A DNA stretch of 64,000 bases. Source: Amphiscolops sp. MND2022. Lineage: Eukaryota. A model generated the notes under the pieces. It saw only the letters and a list, made by a program, of their open reading frames with translations, did not search any database and was not told the origin of the DNA. The stretch's first letter is position 1. Every line of letters begins with the position of its first letter. A program made the translations under genes and the position numbers. The DNA lies in NCBI GenBank assembly GCA_964187785.1, contig OZ076414.1, positions 68,882,001-68,946,000 on the forward strand, read 5' to 3'. Positions 39,116 through 50,572 of the stretch are shown here, piece by piece.

Positions 39116-40014
39116 CATTGAAATTACCACTCAGATAGCTTTTAAAAATGTGGATGGGGACAAAGATAAATTCTCGTTCCAGATTCCATAGTGAAATCAG
39201 TACCTCACCAGCTAAACATTCCAACAAATTAGTAATTTACTGCATTACTCGCATGGCAAGGTGACAATCAAGGGGGGGCGCAAGCACGAGTGCTTGTTTA
39301 GGCAATGATGGGACGCATTTCAGATTATTTCAACACTAAGAAGCAACATGCTAAAGGAAAAGTAGATAAGGGTATGAAAAGAGTCTATTTAATTATTGAG
39401 TTTGAGTCAATTTCAGCGTTTCTTCAACATACGTTCATTCTTGTTCTTCTCGTTCTTCTCGCAAATGGATCTCTGCCACTATTTGCCGTTCTGGCTCTAT
39501 TCAATTCGTCGGGCAGGTACTTGATAAAGACAGGGAGTCTTTCAGCGGAATATGACGAAATCGCCACATTCTAGTTCCCAGTCCAATGCTTGAACGAAAT
39601 TTTTAAAATTCGAAAATTTTTGTCGGTAAGAGGTCATCGTTACAATAACGAAACGACAATACTTGCCAATAGAACAAATTTTGTCACTAGAATTGTGATT
39701 TTAGTTGAAGCGGCCAAGAATCCTAATCTTTGTTTAAATTTGACGTTTGAAACAACCGTTAGTGACTATCATGTCTGAACTTGTCTTGAAATTGAGCCGC
39801 CGTTCGAAACATCTAACAATTTGTTCAGGAAAATCTTGTTATAAAATTTCAAAAATCATCAGCTTTGACAATGGGTACAACTTTTGACTACGTTATCATA
39901 ATTTATATCTACAGCTTTCATTAGGTTCATATGATTCCTAAATGATGCAACACACCCTATAGTTCCATACGTTTCCATGTATTGAACCAAATGAGTAAAT
40001 GATGACAAACACAA

Positions 40015-40786
40015 TGTAACGGCAAGCTGTTATCGGTCGCTTAACGCGTTAACAGAGGTGGAGGAACCTGCAGGAATGGGTGATTCGCTCGTGACAGTCG
40101 CCCATCGCCACAGATCCATTTTGCCTCCAGGGGTGAAATACGTCCCGGGGCCGCGGGTGCTTCGACGAATACTGTCCAACCGGTCCTAGTCTTTGATTGC
40201 TAATAGTAACGGGCATCTTTCTGGCTCTCTAAAGACCACCGCTTAACTAGCATATAAAAACAATGCCAAGAATAAGGTAAATTTCCAGTTCCAGGGTGAC
40301 ATGTGAATAAGATCTAAAATTGGGGAATAAGATCTAAACTAGCGCTAACGCTACTGAATACAGCCAAAATCACTGAAAATACATGAAAACAGGCACGAAT
40401 ATGGCAAACCACACAGCTACAAGCTGGGGCGCAAGGGCTCCAAGCACCAAACAAGGATCTTTAGGCGAAAAGACTCATTTTTACGGTTTCCGCTACATAG
40501 GGTAGCATAATACTGAAAATCGATAAAACCGGTGTTAGCACCTCAAAAAGAATCTATTTTCGGATGTTCTTGCCGTCTCTGGCTTCTGTCATGGCGGCGC
40601 GCCCGTCTTTTTGCTCGTTCTTGCTCTTTGTTGTCGAAGTACCTGCCAATTTCGTGGAAACAGCGAAAAGAGCAATCACATGCTCAGTGCCACGTCACAC
40701 ATCGGATTAGAATTTTTGACAAAATTTCTGGACATGTCAAAGTTGCAAAATCGGTTGATATTGCTGTACCAGAGCTTGCCGTTACA
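40015..40786 (-). mobile_element. Solo LTR (772 bp), diverged subfamily of family C
   Basis: Perfect 14-bp terminal IR TGTAACGGCAAGCT/AGCTTGCCGTTACA; strong homology to 43116-43889 (GTGGCACTGAGCATGTGATTGCTCTTTTCGCTG); flanks CAA/CAA. Confidence 0.9.
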
Positions 40787-41571
40787 CAAGGAAGACATTG
40801 GTGTCATGGTTCCATGTATGGATCCCATGGATTTGAGATGAGCTCCTTGTATGGAGTTGCATGAAAGCCTGGTAGATTTGGATTTGGATCCATAAATAGC
40901 ACCGCTGTGATCGGTAAGTGTTTGGAGGTCAAATCACCCTCAGTTTACAGAGAGCCAACAACTTGAGACAGTTTTTGTTGAGGACAATTTTTGTTGATAG
41001 TAGTTTGTCAACAAACAGTTTTTCATCGTCACTACAATTTTGCAAATACGAAACTCAGCGGTCGAAAGAGTAACGCTGTTTTCATTCCGTGGACTGATCG
41101 CAATTACTTTTTGTATCAAAAACGCTCAGGCAAATGCAAGCTATAGCAGTTACCATTCTTTTCGTTTCGTGCTTTCTTGGATCAACTGAATCAACTATCC
41201 GAGAGAAGATGAAAAACCACTTTGCTTCTCCCGCGCACAGGTGGGTGAACAAAAGATCGAATTACGCAAAACTCTTTTAAAAAGCGACAAGTTTTATGAT
41301 TTGTGAAAGATTGGAAATTTAGATATGTCTGAAAAAGGCATAAAAAACTTGCATTGAGTTTTATAAATTGTTCATAGGCTTTGAATGATTTCGCTGTCAT
41401 TAGCATTATCCCGGGTTGACCCCCATAGAAATGATATCTATATGATAAAAAGTCATATATTATGGGTGATGTATGAAAAGATACAATGATCTTAAGAAGA
41501 TCATGCAGTGAAGTTTTGCATCAAACTGCAGTTTCAAAAGATTTGCAGTTTCAAATTGCATCAGCTCTAGA

Positions 41572-41962
41572 GGGAGTGGCTCACTATGCAGACGGTTCAC
41601 TAAGCCGACCAAATAAATTCATTCTCAGCGCGTTTTAAATTCATTCTGAACGCGCATTCGATTAAATTCATTCTCGAATTTGATTGGATAAATACACATT
41701 CCAAATAATAATACATGTAAACAAAAAAGTGTCACAATGACGTAGTCAGCTATGGTCACATACCTCTAGTGCCTAAAATCAGGAGCGAAGCGAAACGGAG
41801 TGACGTGCCATATGGCCATGCCTCGATGTTGCTACTTGGCGAAGGGAATGAAGCGACCGAGCCCTACAACAGATATGCTAAACTCTTTAAGGAAATGGAT
41901 TTATTTAATGACCTTTTTTGGTCGGCTTAGTGAACCGTCGGCTTAGTGCACCGCCCGCCCCC
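41572..41962. mobile_element. MITE-3 with CACTAAGCCGAC-repeat TIRs
   Basis: GGGAGTGGCTCACTATGCAGACGGTTCACTAAGCCGACCAAA versus its inverted copy at 41915-41962; TSD GCTCTAGA/GTTCTAAA (6/8). Confidence 0.75.
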
Positions 41963-42866
41963 GTTCTAAATTTAAATACAGCTGAGGCTACTTTGATGTG
42001 AAGTAACTTCAGTCACGCTATAAACTCCAAAGCACGGTCATCTTCGATGTGCCACTCGAGAAGCTTTGATTACATCACTTAAGTGCCTGAGAGGTCGAAA
42101 TGTGAGTACTATATGATCGTTATAGTAACTGATTAGCGAATATTTAGCTTATTTGGCAACAAATAAAAACCAAAAATTGCTGTAAATTTCTAAATAAGTA
42201 TATTCATAGAAAGTTACCTTTCACCAACCATACTGCTCATGTTGTCCGAAAGCTAAAGAAATTTTCCGGTTTGATGTACAAAAGGAGCCGATTGTAACTA
42301 ATAAGATACCATCTATCATCTCATACGGTCTATCAGTGTCTGGGAGTGCGGTGAAAACAAACATCGAATTGAGGAATTGATTGAAAAAGCTCTTCAGCGA
42401 ACGCTAAGTCTGAAGGCGAAATAAAACATCGTGAACGGCAAACTTCTAAGGCTCAAGGGGCGATTAAGTACTCCGTATCGTTAAGTCGCTATTTTTTATC
42501 AATTTATCAAAATCTCAATGTCCTTTGGCTTCAAAAAAATTCGAGCTAGATTTCTTCTGTGAAAAGCTTTTTTCAAACCAAATGTTCCACAGTGCCGAAA
42601 ACACCTGTAATATAGTATAGTTCTTCGAATCGAACAAAACTGTTAGGAAATAGAAATTACGTGGAGGACCTTTCAATTATTTCAACCCTTCCAAGAATCC
42701 TCTCATCCTTTTTAGCCCGATATTTCACTTCAAAAGTCGCCTTTTAGTTCATAGAAACTGGCTCATACGGTGCATGTGTTTCAAGATTAACTTATCAATT
42801 ATTGAAACTTGTTCCCGCAAACTCCCTTCTTGTTTTTTGTCCGCAATTATTTTGCCCACCTTCCAG

Positions 42867-43115
42867 TGAAGTTGTTTATCAACATTTGAAACAAGGACTC
42901 AGCAAGTGCTTTCCTTCATGCTTCGATGGCATCTGCTTCGGTTGCCCCACAAGAAACAGTGTGAAAACAGCGGATGAAAACCCGGCTAAACTGGATGGTA
43001 GCCCATCTGGCTCTAGAAGTTCCAGAGGCAGCGTGTTCAAAATTGAAACTGTCAATCACAGAAATATCAAGCGAAAAATTAAGAAACAACAACAACTGCC
43101 CGTTTTTCAATGTTT
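42867..43115 (+). other. Exon-like Cys-motif coding segment, interrupted by element C
   Basis: Acceptor-like CACCTTCCAG|TGAA; encodes QHLKQGLSKCFPSCFDGICFGC; paralogous to 61153-61375. Confidence 0.4.
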
Positions 43116-43905
43116 TGTAATGGCACCCTCTGAGACAGCAAAATTAGTCGATATTGGAATTTTGGATTTGAACATGTTCAGAAAACTTCTGAAAAATTCT
43201 AATTCGAGATTTGACGTGGCACTGAGCATGTGATTGCTCTTTTCGCTGTTTCAACGAAATTGGCAGGTACTTCGACAACAAGAGCGAAGATCGAGAAAAA
43301 AACATAAGGCCAGCCGCCCGCACAGACGCCAGAGACTGCAAAAATCTCTGAAATTAGACTCTTTTGAAAGTGCTAACCTTGATTTCAGCAGTATGCTACC
43401 TTACGTAGTGAAAACCGTAAAAATGAGTCTTTTCGTCTAATTCACAAATCTGTGCCTGTGGTGCCCCAGCTTGCGAGCTGAATGTGGATGTTGCCAAATC
43501 GCTGTTGTGGACGAGATTGCTGTACATTGTTGTAAGTTTATGGCTACTTTGACAATTTTAGATCTTATTTCGTAATTTTAGATATTATTCCCAAAGTCAC
43601 CCTGAATAACGAAAATTTAACATAACTTCCTTTCGGAACGTTTTTAAAGACTGTCTAAGTGATGGTTTCGAAGAAAAAGCGTAATTCGCGCTACTGACAG
43701 CAGTTAAAGACTGGATCAGGCCGGCGAGCACTTCACAAGAAGCGGAATCCTCCCCTGACGGGACAGTTTTTACCCGAAAGAGGCAAAATGAGCTCATGGT
43801 CATGGGCGCCTGTCCCGGGCAAATACCCATATCATGTGTTCCTCTGACTCTTATGGTTACGGCGACAATGGTGAGAGCTTGTCGTTACATAGAGACACCA
43901 TTTTT

Positions 43906-43923
43906 TGGCGACCACAGAGGGAT
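43906..43923 (+). promoter_or_regulatory. Primer-binding site, tRNA-Arg(UCG)-like
   Basis: TGGCGACCACAGAGGGAT, 16 nt after the LTR end. Confidence 0.75.
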
Positions 43924-44706
43924 CGCTTCGAAGTGCTTCCCTTAATGGTTTTAAAAGAGCCGACCCTCTGGTGATTAACGCCAAGTACGACCTGGCTCTG
44001 GTTGGAGATGTTAACGCAGAGTTTTCCTTCAATTTTTAAAGTTTGATGTATTGACAGGTTTACTGTGGCAGATTTTCTGTCCGTTTTTCAGGTGACTTTC
44101 CCGAGTACCGATGGTATATTAGTAAACGGTATTTGTTGACAGGTATCGTCTAAAATTGCAAGGTTCCCATCAGCGGGTCCTCTTTTTAGAAGCGTAGTGG
44201 ACAGTAGCACGTCGCTACTGGTGTTTAACAGGTTTTTCTAGCTGTTTTCAGTGATTTGCGCTTATGTACGAGAGGTGAAGTTGATGGTTGAACCATGTTC
44301 CATCCGACTGATAGATGAGCTGAAACGAGTGTTCCCGACTCTCCTTTCCCATTTCTCGTGGAGACGTCGTAGAGGGATGGTTTTTGATGGAAAGGTAGAA
44401 CAAGTGTTGACATTGCCGACGGTTCAAACTGTTTCTCTCTAGCTGGTCTGAGTGTTGAGAAAAAAGACGACGGAGGTACCACCCCTCATTCTAGAAGTAT
44501 CAGTTTTTCGGAGTATGGTATAAAAAAATTTTTCGATTGTGCATTTTTTGATGGGGAATCGTTTTTTTCATGCTAGTTTTTCCTTGTTGCAACTTAGTGT
44601 GTGCTTTTGCAGCCGTTTTCAGTGAGAAAAGTCCAATTTTAGGTGCAAAAGTAGCAAAAACGTCATTTTTGGCATTTTTGAGTGTTTTTCTTGGTACGAG
44701 CGCGAG

Positions 44707-47068
44707 CGCTCTAGGTGTTAGTCACAACAGTTGCAAAAAGGTATGGGAAATAGCCCAAAACCTCTAGGGTACTGCCACATAATGTATTGTCCACTAGAAA
44801 AGGCGTTGGAGTCTCTTTTTGGACGCATTTTGTACGAAAAATCCCGATTTTTGGCGAAATTGACAAAAAACTACTATGAAATGCTACCGGAAGAATGCTG
44901 GATAGCACTGCAATCGCCTCTTCCGTGCTGCTAAAAACTTGGGGCACCTTTCACGGCACAGAAATTAACGTTTGAGTAGTTTGTTTAGGTTTTCGTAACA
45001 AGAAAGGTTTGACTTGATTTTTAGTCAGTTTCAGGAGTGTCTGAGTACACAAACAAAACCCCCTGGGCACTCTGTCTTTTTGTTAGCTAGGAGCTTCCGA
45101 GCTCCCATTTTCTGTTTTTACAATAAAAGTAACGCATGGTGGTGAAAACCGCGTGCAAAAAAATTTTTTCGGTGTTGAGAAAAGTTGAAAAACGCACTGA
45201 ATTCAACCAAATTTCCATAAAACCGGACTGTCCAATTGCTAAGGTCGGGTCATTGATTTTTCAACCCTAGCTAAAAACTGGTTGCATTTTCGTAACCACC
45301 ACAAAAATTGATACTAGTGCCAAACATTTGGTGAGCCTAGCGCTAACCAAAGTTGAGAAAAGCTCTCTGACGTTTTGACATCAGAACGAGCTAAAGTAGC
45401 CGAAAATTTCCAAAACTGTAGGACCTACAGTGCCTCATACCTAACGGGCACGGCTGATTGAGGGCTTTTGGCAGTGCTGTGAGTAGTGGGGCAACACGTT
45501 GACCCTATTTTGCCTGCCGTCGACCCTCTTAGCCAATTTATGAAAAAAGTGTCAAAAAAAGAATGTTTTTGCTGAAATAGTGTCTGTACTCAGTCGAAAC
45601 CCTAGGAAAGCTCGCGAGCTTTCATCGAACCATTGAACCAGCAATTTGAGTGCCCACTGGCAGCGCCTGCCAAGTTTCAAGCCGATTGGTGCAATAATCG
45701 TTAAGGAATTGGCAAAAACGTACTGCACAAAAAGAGGTGCAAAAAGGCAATTTTTTTGAACTTTTTTTGGAAAGCCTGATAATCTTAATCGAGAAGTGGG
45801 GACAAATTGTAGCCCACCGTCGTAATTTGTGCTACTTGGTGCATTGTTAGAGAGAATACCGAACCGCTAACTCATACCGCTCTAGGTGTTAGTCACAACA
45901 GTTGCAAAAATGTGTGGGAAGTAGCCCAAAACCTCTAGGGTACTGCCACATAATGTATTGTCCACTAGAAAAGGCGTTGGAGTCTCTTTTTGGACGCATT
46001 TTGTATGAAAAATCCCGATTTTTGGCGCAATTGACAAAAAACCACTATGAAATGCTACCGGAAGAATGCTGGATAGCACTGCAATCGCCTCTTCCGTGCT
46101 GCTAAAAACTTGGGGCACCTTTCACGGCACAGAAATTAACGTTTGAGTAGTTTGTTTAGGTTTTCGTAACAAGAAAGATTTGAAAAACCTTGATTTTTAG
46201 TCAGTTTCAGGAGTGTCTGAGTACACAATCAAAACCCCCTGGGCACTCTGTCTTTATGTTAGCTAGGAGCTTCCGAGCTCCCATTTTCTGTTTTTACAAT
46301 AAAAATAACGCATGGTGGTGAAAACCGCGTGCAAAAATTCCTTTTCAGTGTTGAGAAAAGTTGAAAAACGCACTGAATTCAACCAAATTTTCATAAAATC
46401 GGACTGTCCAATTGCTAAGGTCGGGTCATTGATTCTTCAACCCTAGCTAAAAACTGGTTGCATTTTTGTAACCACCATAAAAATTGATACTAGTGCCAAA
46501 AATTTGGTGAACCTAGCGCTAACCAAAGTTGAGAAAAACTCTCTGACGTTTTGACATCAGAACGAGCTAAAGTAGCCGAAAACTTCCAAAACTGTAGGAC
46601 CGACAGTGCCTCATACCTAACGGGCACGGCTGATTGAGGGCTTTTGGCAGTGCTGTGAGTAGTGGGGCAACACGTTGACCCTATTTTGCCTGCCGTAACA
46701 TTTTTAGTGTCGACCCTCTTAGCCAATTTATGAAAAAAGTGTCAAAAAAAGAATGTTTTTGCTGAAATAGTGTCTGTACTCAGTCGAAACCCTAGGAAAA
46801 CTCGCGAGCTTTCATCGAACCATTGAACCAGCATTTTGAGTGCCCAGTGGCAGCGCCCGCCAAGTTTCAAGCCGATTGGTGCAATAATCGTTAAGAAACT
46901 GGCAAAAACATACTGCACAAAAAGAGGTGCTAAAAGGCAATTTTTTGGAACTTTTTTTGGAAAGCCTGATAATCTTAATCGAGAAGTTGGGACAAATTGT
47001 AGCCCACCGTCGTAATTTGTGCTACTTGGTGCATTGTTAGAGATAATACCGAACCGCTAACTCATACC
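44707..47068 (+). repeat. Tandem duplication, 1171-bp period, in the leader of element C
   Basis: CGCTCTAGGTGTTAGTCACAAC at 44707 and 45878; near-identical copies. Confidence 0.95.
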
Positions 47069-48244
47069 AGTGCTTAGAAATTGTATAATAAGCGTGCATT
47101 TTGACTCCTACTGAGACATAGGTGTACCGCACGTCTGTACCGAAGGGAAGTCGTGTACAAGTATCAGAAACCAAATCGGTGCTCAATTCCGTGTACCTAC
47201 GTGTGTGTAAGATCCTCTGGTCATTTTTGAGCCAGATCTGACTCTTCAGTGACGAATTCGAGCCACTTGTCTTTTTTTGTACTCTCCGAAAATTTCAAAA
47301 TTTGTTGTAAACGTCGCGTGATTGTCTTAGCGAAAGTTTAGCTGCAAACCAAACTCATCTTCTAAGCTTGTGGATTGATAACAACTGCGTGAGTGATTTT
47401 GAACTCGCTACGACCTCTAGATGTGATTTCGACCCATTTGAGACGTGCATATCCTTATTCTGGCTTAAGTCGTCACCGAGACGAAAACTTGGAAAGTGGG
47501 ACAAAACCCAGATTTACGTGTTGGAAACTTGTGAAAACCCCCTGGTATGAACTCCTATTTGTGAATTCATTGCTGTACGTGCAATTTGTGGTCAATATGG
47601 AATGTGCTGCTTTGCTGGAACATAGCATTTTGTTACTCACAGTTGTGATATCCTGTGTATTGTAACGAGTTGGACCATTTTTGGGAGTCGTCGCCGCACC
47701 TAATCGGAACGTTGGGACTACATTGCTCTGGACCATTGTTGTCAGTGTCGTTTGGTGCACTGTTGCTGAAAAAGTGAGCTTGCGAGCTCATCACTGTGGA
47801 CAAGAGTCTCTGGTTGCACGTGAAAAATCGTATCCCCATAAGATACGGTGATACGGAAAGCCTGTACAGCATCTGCAACTCATTCAATAGTCTAAGCCCC
47901 AACTCGTGCTTGTCACAGTGTACCGGGCTATAGGTGGGGCCGCGTGGCTAATTTTGAGCCCGATCTTACGTTTCCAGTCCTGTATCAAGCAGCACAAGCA
48001 CCGAATTATACGTCAAATTTGCAGAGAACTCTTTTGGGTAATCATAATATACCCAAATCCATTGAGGTTGAGAGGTCAATAAACCGCTCGACTGTCTGTT
48101 TGGTGCGCACTATCCAACTTGGCTGCAGCAATTTGCTCGAGAGCAACATTTTTTAGTCCTTTGAGCAGCTTGTAATGCGTTGAACAGTTTTCAGCACGCT
48201 GTGATTGTTAGAACATCTCTTGACTTTGACCCTGACACTAAATT

Positions 48245-49591
48245 TTGGATACACTGGTGGTTCTAGTCAAGCAGTTGGAAACCTCTGAAGCTGAAATGAA
48301 ACGTTGGAAAGTTTTCCACCGCCTCCGTTCCTTTTTTAAAGGGGAAGAGGGTGTCAGTGCAGCACAACCAATTGATGTTCATGATGTTCAACCTCAAAAT
48401 GAATCCCAAATGGTAGATGAACCTGACCGATCGACGAAGTTAAACGATTTGAACTTGGAAGATTGGCCTTTGGAGGATAGTTTCAAAATTGTCTCCGATT
48501 TTTTAGACTCAATGCCATCTAACACACAGGAAACCCAGCCGGAGAGGAGCATTAGGACTCCCAGTCCTAGTTCAGTATCGTCGTCGGACAGATCTTCTCG
48601 CCAAAAAACCACCATTCAGATTTATCAGAAACAGGATCAACAATTAGAGGCCCTGGAGCAGCAGATGGATGAGATATCAGTCTTGTTGGCACAAAGCGGA
48701 CTTCGCAAGGAGAAATTGTTAGCACGAGTGCTAGCACAAATGCAGTCGATAAATGCAGATGTGCAAATACACCTCAGAAGTGCCACTATCAATATTCCAA
48801 GCGACGCTGAAGCAGAACCAATGACACCGCCAACAAAAGACATGGGGGTTGACCCAATATCTTTGAACACTTCAACCATGATTATTGTTGAAACTTTGCC
48901 AAAATATCACGCCGGTGACAATAGGTTGCGCGAGCGCAACCTCCACTCAAGTGATACGACAAATGAACGAATATCAATCTCATCCTCCATTTCCTTATCG
49001 CAGGATTCTGTAAGCAACTCTCACTCCCCTGGAACAAAGTCCCTATTGTTCACTTTGCAGTTGCTGCGGAGTTTGCTGAAATATTCTATTGAGCCAACTT
49101 CTGCCGAAGTATGGAATTATATTCAGGTGGACCAGCCAATGATTATCAAATGGTTGCATAGTGGTTCAACCGAATCTCGACCGACTGGACATAGACGTGG
49201 TCGACCACCGCGGACTTCTGGTGACTTCTCGTGGCATAAAGTTCTGCTTTCGCTTCCTCGTAGACGTCGCCGTGGCCGTCCACCACGCTCAATTCTCTTA
49301 CTACCATGGTCGCATCGACCGAGGGGACCTAGGCGTGGCCGTCCTCCGAACAATTATCACAGTCTTGAGACAGACCCAGCCTCAGTTTTCTTCTTTATTG
49401 GATGTCCTGATATTTCATGCTTTTTGTATGTCCTGCTGCTATCGAATAAGGATGCCCATCCACAGCCCAAGCTACACTCCATTTCTTTTCAAGGGGGAGG
49501 AGGTGTCGTCAAAGCTCAACTTTTTCTGCAAGTTTTGTGTCGGACATTCAAATTTGTCTATTCCTGGCTATCCTCATATGAAAAAGAATGA
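48245..49591 (+). CDS. Uncharacterised 448-aa ORF with coiled coil and three RRGRPP AT-hook-like motifs
   Basis: Uninterrupted long ORF. The RGRP codons differ only at synonymous positions (cgt ggt cga cca / cgt ggc cgt cca / cgt ggc cgt cct). Confidence 0.55.
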   Translation: MDTLVVLVKQLETSEAEMKRWKVFHRLRSFFKGEEGVSAAQPIDVHDVQPQNESQMVDEPDRSTKLNDLNLEDWPLEDSFKIVSDFLDSMPSNTQETQPERSIRTPSPSSVSSSDRSSRQKTTIQIYQKQDQQLEALEQQMDEISVLLAQSGLRKEKLLARVLAQMQSINADVQIHLRSATINIPSDAEAEPMTPPTKDMGVDPISLNTSTMIIVETLPKYHAGDNRLRERNLHSSDTTNERISISSSISLSQDSVSNSHSPGTKSLLFTLQLLRSLLKYSIEPTSAEVWNYIQVDQPMIIKWLHSGSTESRPTGHRRGRPPRTSGDFSWHKVLLSLPRRRRRGRPPRSILLLPWSHRPRGPRRGRPPNNYHSLETDPASVFFFIGCPDISCFLYVLLLSNKDAHPQPKLHSISFQGGGGVVKAQLFLQVLCRTFKFVYSWLSSYEKE

Positions 49592-50141
49592 TCAACGATT
49601 AAGGTCCGGGGAGTTTTCTAAGGTCCGGGGAGTCCCATGGGAGACAACACTCTAATTCTCTACATTCCTTGCTGACTACCCAAGGAATTTGCCACAATCT
49701 AAAGTAATGAAATCCCGACTGCACATTACTCTCAATCGATTCCGATGTATACAACCACAGCTTGATATAAAAACTTTGTATTTGTTTCTCGTAAAATGTA
49801 TTTGATATAACATTTTCAAAGTTATCAGCGGGGCTTGGCAGAAAAAATAAAAAAAAAACAAAAAAAACATGAAAGTCCTCGTTAGGTCAGATGCTTTCTT
49901 TTATAGTTTCTTCTTTAGTTTCGTTATCTCTATAGTTATACTCCTTGAAGTTCGATGTCAATTTTCCTTTGAATCAGTGGCTTTTCTACGGAACAACTTG
50001 TTTAATGGAACTCATTTTCCCCGGAATTTTCAATTACAGAATCTTGTCTATTTTTGTCTCAGTGCTAAATCTCACATGCAGTCAATTGGTAAATCGCCTT
50101 TCATTCTCTCCTCAACGGATGCTACTGATTTTTGTTTTGGT

Positions 50142-50572
50142 ATGGAGCTGCACATCAGTGCGTGCTGCCCAAACCTAGTCAAACTTTGAACAAAGAATAT
50201 CAGAAACTACCTGTTTTCCTTTTAAACAGTGATCTTTCCGCTGAAAAGAAGTTTTACTGAAAACAAGTTTTAACTTTTCTGCAAACTGAATTTTTACTGG
50301 CGTGGAAAAGTAGTTTTTAAAAGAAACCGCGCCAGGGAGCCCCAGGGCTCCAAAAAATGGAGCTGCACATCAGTGCGTGCTGCCCAAACCTAGTCAAACT
50401 TTGAACAAAGAATATCAGAAACTACCTGTTTTCCTTTTAAACAGTGATCTTTCCGCTGAAAAGAAGTTTTACTGAAAACAAGTTTTAACTTTTCTGCAAA
50501 CTGAATTTTTACTGGCGTGGAAAAGTAGTTTTTGAAAGAAACCGCGCCAGGGAGCCCCAGGGCTCCAAAAAA
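50142..50572 (+). repeat. Tandem duplication, 215-bp period
   Basis: TGGAGCTGCACATCAGTGCG at 50143 and 50358; about one mismatch; each unit ends in hairpin GGAGCCC-CA-GGGCTCC. Confidence 0.95.
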
